From Fimicolochytrium jonesii (Eukaryota): 64,000 bases of DNA. Positions 61,901 to 64,000 of this stretch are shown here, one piece after another. The DNA lies in contig NW_026515670.1 in the NCBI RefSeq assembly GCF_025526975.1, positions 1,364,001 to 1,428,000 on the forward strand. The letters run 5' to 3'. Both the position numbers and the translations under genes were made by a program. How positions within the stretch are numbered: the stretch's first letter is position 1; the number at the start of each line of letters is the position of its first letter. The notes beneath the pieces are model-generated. The model saw only the letters and a list, made by a program, of their open reading frames with translations, did no database searches and was not told the DNA's origin.

Positions 61901-64000
61901 GTGCTGCTCGAGAACGTGCACGGCTCATGGGGCTTTACGACGGGACGCAGGACGAACCGACACCGGCGTCATTTCCAGCTCCGGTCGAAACACCCGTTCA
62001 GACCAAGCCCGCCTTTACTGGTTTCTCCACAGGCACCGGCAGAAAGATGGCGGAGCCTTCAGGTGCCGCACGTGAGCGGGCACGCCTTATGGGACTCTAC
62101 GATGGGATGCACAACAGTGCGGCATTAGACGAAACATCGGCGAAATCGTTTCAAGCCCCGGCCGAAACGCCCGTCCATCGTGAAGTCGCTGCGTTTCCTG
62201 GTTTCTCGACGGGAACGGGAAGGCAAATGACTGAGCCGTCAGGTGCTGCTCGGGAGCGTGCCCGCCTCATGGGTTTTGTCGACGGTCCAGCGGAGACGAG
62301 GACGGATGAAAGGGACGCCCTTGCAATCGTCGAAACACCCCGGCCAAAAATGGACGCTAGCTATGGATTCTCGAGCGGGAGCGGCAAGGCTCTTCCCAAG
62401 ATTTCGGAAGCAGCGACGAGGAAAGCTCGTGCATTAGGTCTGTACCCGGAAGACGAAACTTTGATTGCGGACACAACTCCACAAGAGACGCCGTGTAGAC
62501 CTTCGAGGCCATCCATGATGGGTTTCGCGTCGGGAACTGGAAAGGATTTGCCCAAATTGTCTTTGGAAGCTCAAGAAAAGGCGAAAGCAATGGGGTTTGC
62601 AGAAAGCAACGGTTCCCGTGTGACCTTGGGATCTCCTGCAAACAGTGGTTTAGGCGCCCTTCGAAACGGAGCCGATCCGCAAAACCATGACGCCGTTGAT
62701 AGATCCGGACTCGGTCGCATCACCTCGATGTCTTGTCCTTCGAAACGGAGACTGAATGGGGATACCAGCAACTTTCCACTTGCCGCTACGGCTCCGGTTT
62801 CTCCCACTTCGCTCATGACCCCGCGCATGGCGAAATCCGGCCCTGTCGACCGAAATCGCAAGCCGTTCAGACCGTTGCGCCAGAAAGTGAAGCAAGTTGC
62901 AGCGGTAACACCTGGGGACTCTGCGCTCGCGGCAAAGCCAACGACGCAACCACCCACTCGACGGGTGCTTTTCGACTTTACGGCTTCAGGAGAGCGGCAG
63001 AGCTTGCGCAAACGTGTGGATGCATCTTCGAAATCCGCCCTTGCACATAGTATACCGGCGGTCATTGCCTCGATTACATTACACACTGCTCATCTGCAGC
63101 GATTCGAGAAACATGACGGAGACACATGGGGATTGGATGATGCGAAGCTTTCTCTCGTGGAAGCAGGTGCCTCTCCAACGTTGCTGACGGACGAGTGGAT
63201 GCGGAATCATTATCAGCTAATTCTCTGGAATCTTGCCGGACTTGTCCGCTCGTTTCCGGATTTGATGGAACAGTTATGGCAGCCAGCTGCCGTCATCCAT
63301 CGACTTTGCTACCGATATGAGAGAGAGATCAACCGAGCTGAGCGCTCCGCCGTCAAGCTGATTGTCGAACGCGATAATGTTCCTGATCGATTCATGGTCC
63401 TATGCATCTCGCAAATCGCGCCGGAGCCGAGGAAGGCCACCAGTGTCTGGCACTTGGAGCTGACCGACGGCTGGTACACCATCAAAGCGAAGGCAGATGA
63501 GGTGTTGCTCGAAGCTATCCGGCAGAGGAAGCTTTTTTTGGGTATGAAAATCAGGGTTTGCGGTTCCCAGCTGGGAGGGCCGGCCAAACCATGTCCGGTG
63601 CTGGAAGTCACGGATAAGACACACCTCGTACTCAGTGCAAACGGGACGAGACGAGCACCGTGGGATGCACTCCTGGGTTATCAGCGACCAAGAAGTTTTG
63701 TGATATCCTTGCGACACCTGTCTGCCGACGGCGGGCTTGTGCCGGCGATCGACGTAATTATTTGTCGGAGGTATCCTATGCGGTATTACGAGAAGAGCGC
63801 GGATGGAGTTGGCGTCGTGCGAACGCAGAAAGAGGAGGAAGAGGCGGCCGCGCGTTGGCAGGTACGAAGAGTCTGCTCCAATCGTCGTCAACATATGTGT
63901 TACGTCCTCACTCGAAAGGTTCGCTACAGAAACATTACAGTTCAGCGATGCAGGAGATTGCGGGTCAACTCGAAAAAGAAGCCGGGAAATCGGAAACCAG
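55963..64000 (+). CDS. BRCA2: BRCA2/Brh2 homologous-recombination mediator; truncated at window end
   Basis: Exons 55963-56073, 56149-56884, giant exon ~56951-63861, next exon from ~63930. Contains BRC repeats, helical domain EWMRNHYQLILWNLAG..LCYRYEREINRAERSAVKLIVERD, OB1 MVLCIS..LELTDGWYTI..LSANGTRRAPWDALLGY and OB2/tower start DGGLVPAIDVIICRRYPMRYYEK. Absent from the ORF track because the frame runs off the window. Confidence 0.93.
58723..58914 (+). repeat. Coding tandem repeat, 4 x 48 nt (16 aa), in BRCA2
   Basis: IDTQSSVTQMTSITDD / VDTQSVVTQKTTIIDN / IETQSSVTQKTTIIDN / ADTQSTATQKTTIIDT. Confidence 0.9.
60283..62604 (+). repeat. Array of 10 BRC-like repeats in BRCA2
   Basis: Phe positions 60283, 61102, 61312, 61453, 61657, 61861, 62023, 62203, 62368, 62524; e.g. 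FSTGTGKKLREPSGAARERARLMGLYD. Confidence 0.85.

Overview
Eukaryotic, intron-rich, gene-dense DNA, most likely from a flagellated (zoosporic/chytrid-type) fungus. This is an inference from short GT-AG introns with CTRAY branch points, fungal-type Sin1/Snt1/Sds3 and three ciliary genes. About 20 spliced protein-coding genes can be reconstructed: dynein light intermediate chain, LSM5, a coiled-coil protein, TTC21B/IFT139, Sds3, a pathogenesis-related NTF2-like protein, RPP40, a small orphan protein, ALG6, a zinc-finger-less ZPR1-domain protein, an RluA pseudouridine synthase, SIN1, DNAAF5, Snt1/NCoR, proteasome alpha5, an orphan membrane protein, phosducin-like 3, a MAPR/cytochrome-b5 protein, IQCA1/DRC11 and a very large BRCA2 truncated by the window end. 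Features invisible to the ORF track are a complete U1 snRNA gene and a spliced non-coding snoRNA host whose introns carry snR55/U33-like and snR61/U38-like C/D snoRNAs, possibly also an H/ACA RNA. There are also a 127-nt near-perfect hairpin, two ORF-less TATA+pyrimidine-initiator units with identical spacing, and two GC-AG first introns. BRCA2 has a ~6.9-kb exon with 10 BRC-like repeats (8 FxxG rather than FxxA) and a TQ-rich tandem repeat. Many exons show a striking C-rich to G-rich compositional flip. All exon boundaries were read by eye; gene names come from recognised motifs, not database searches.
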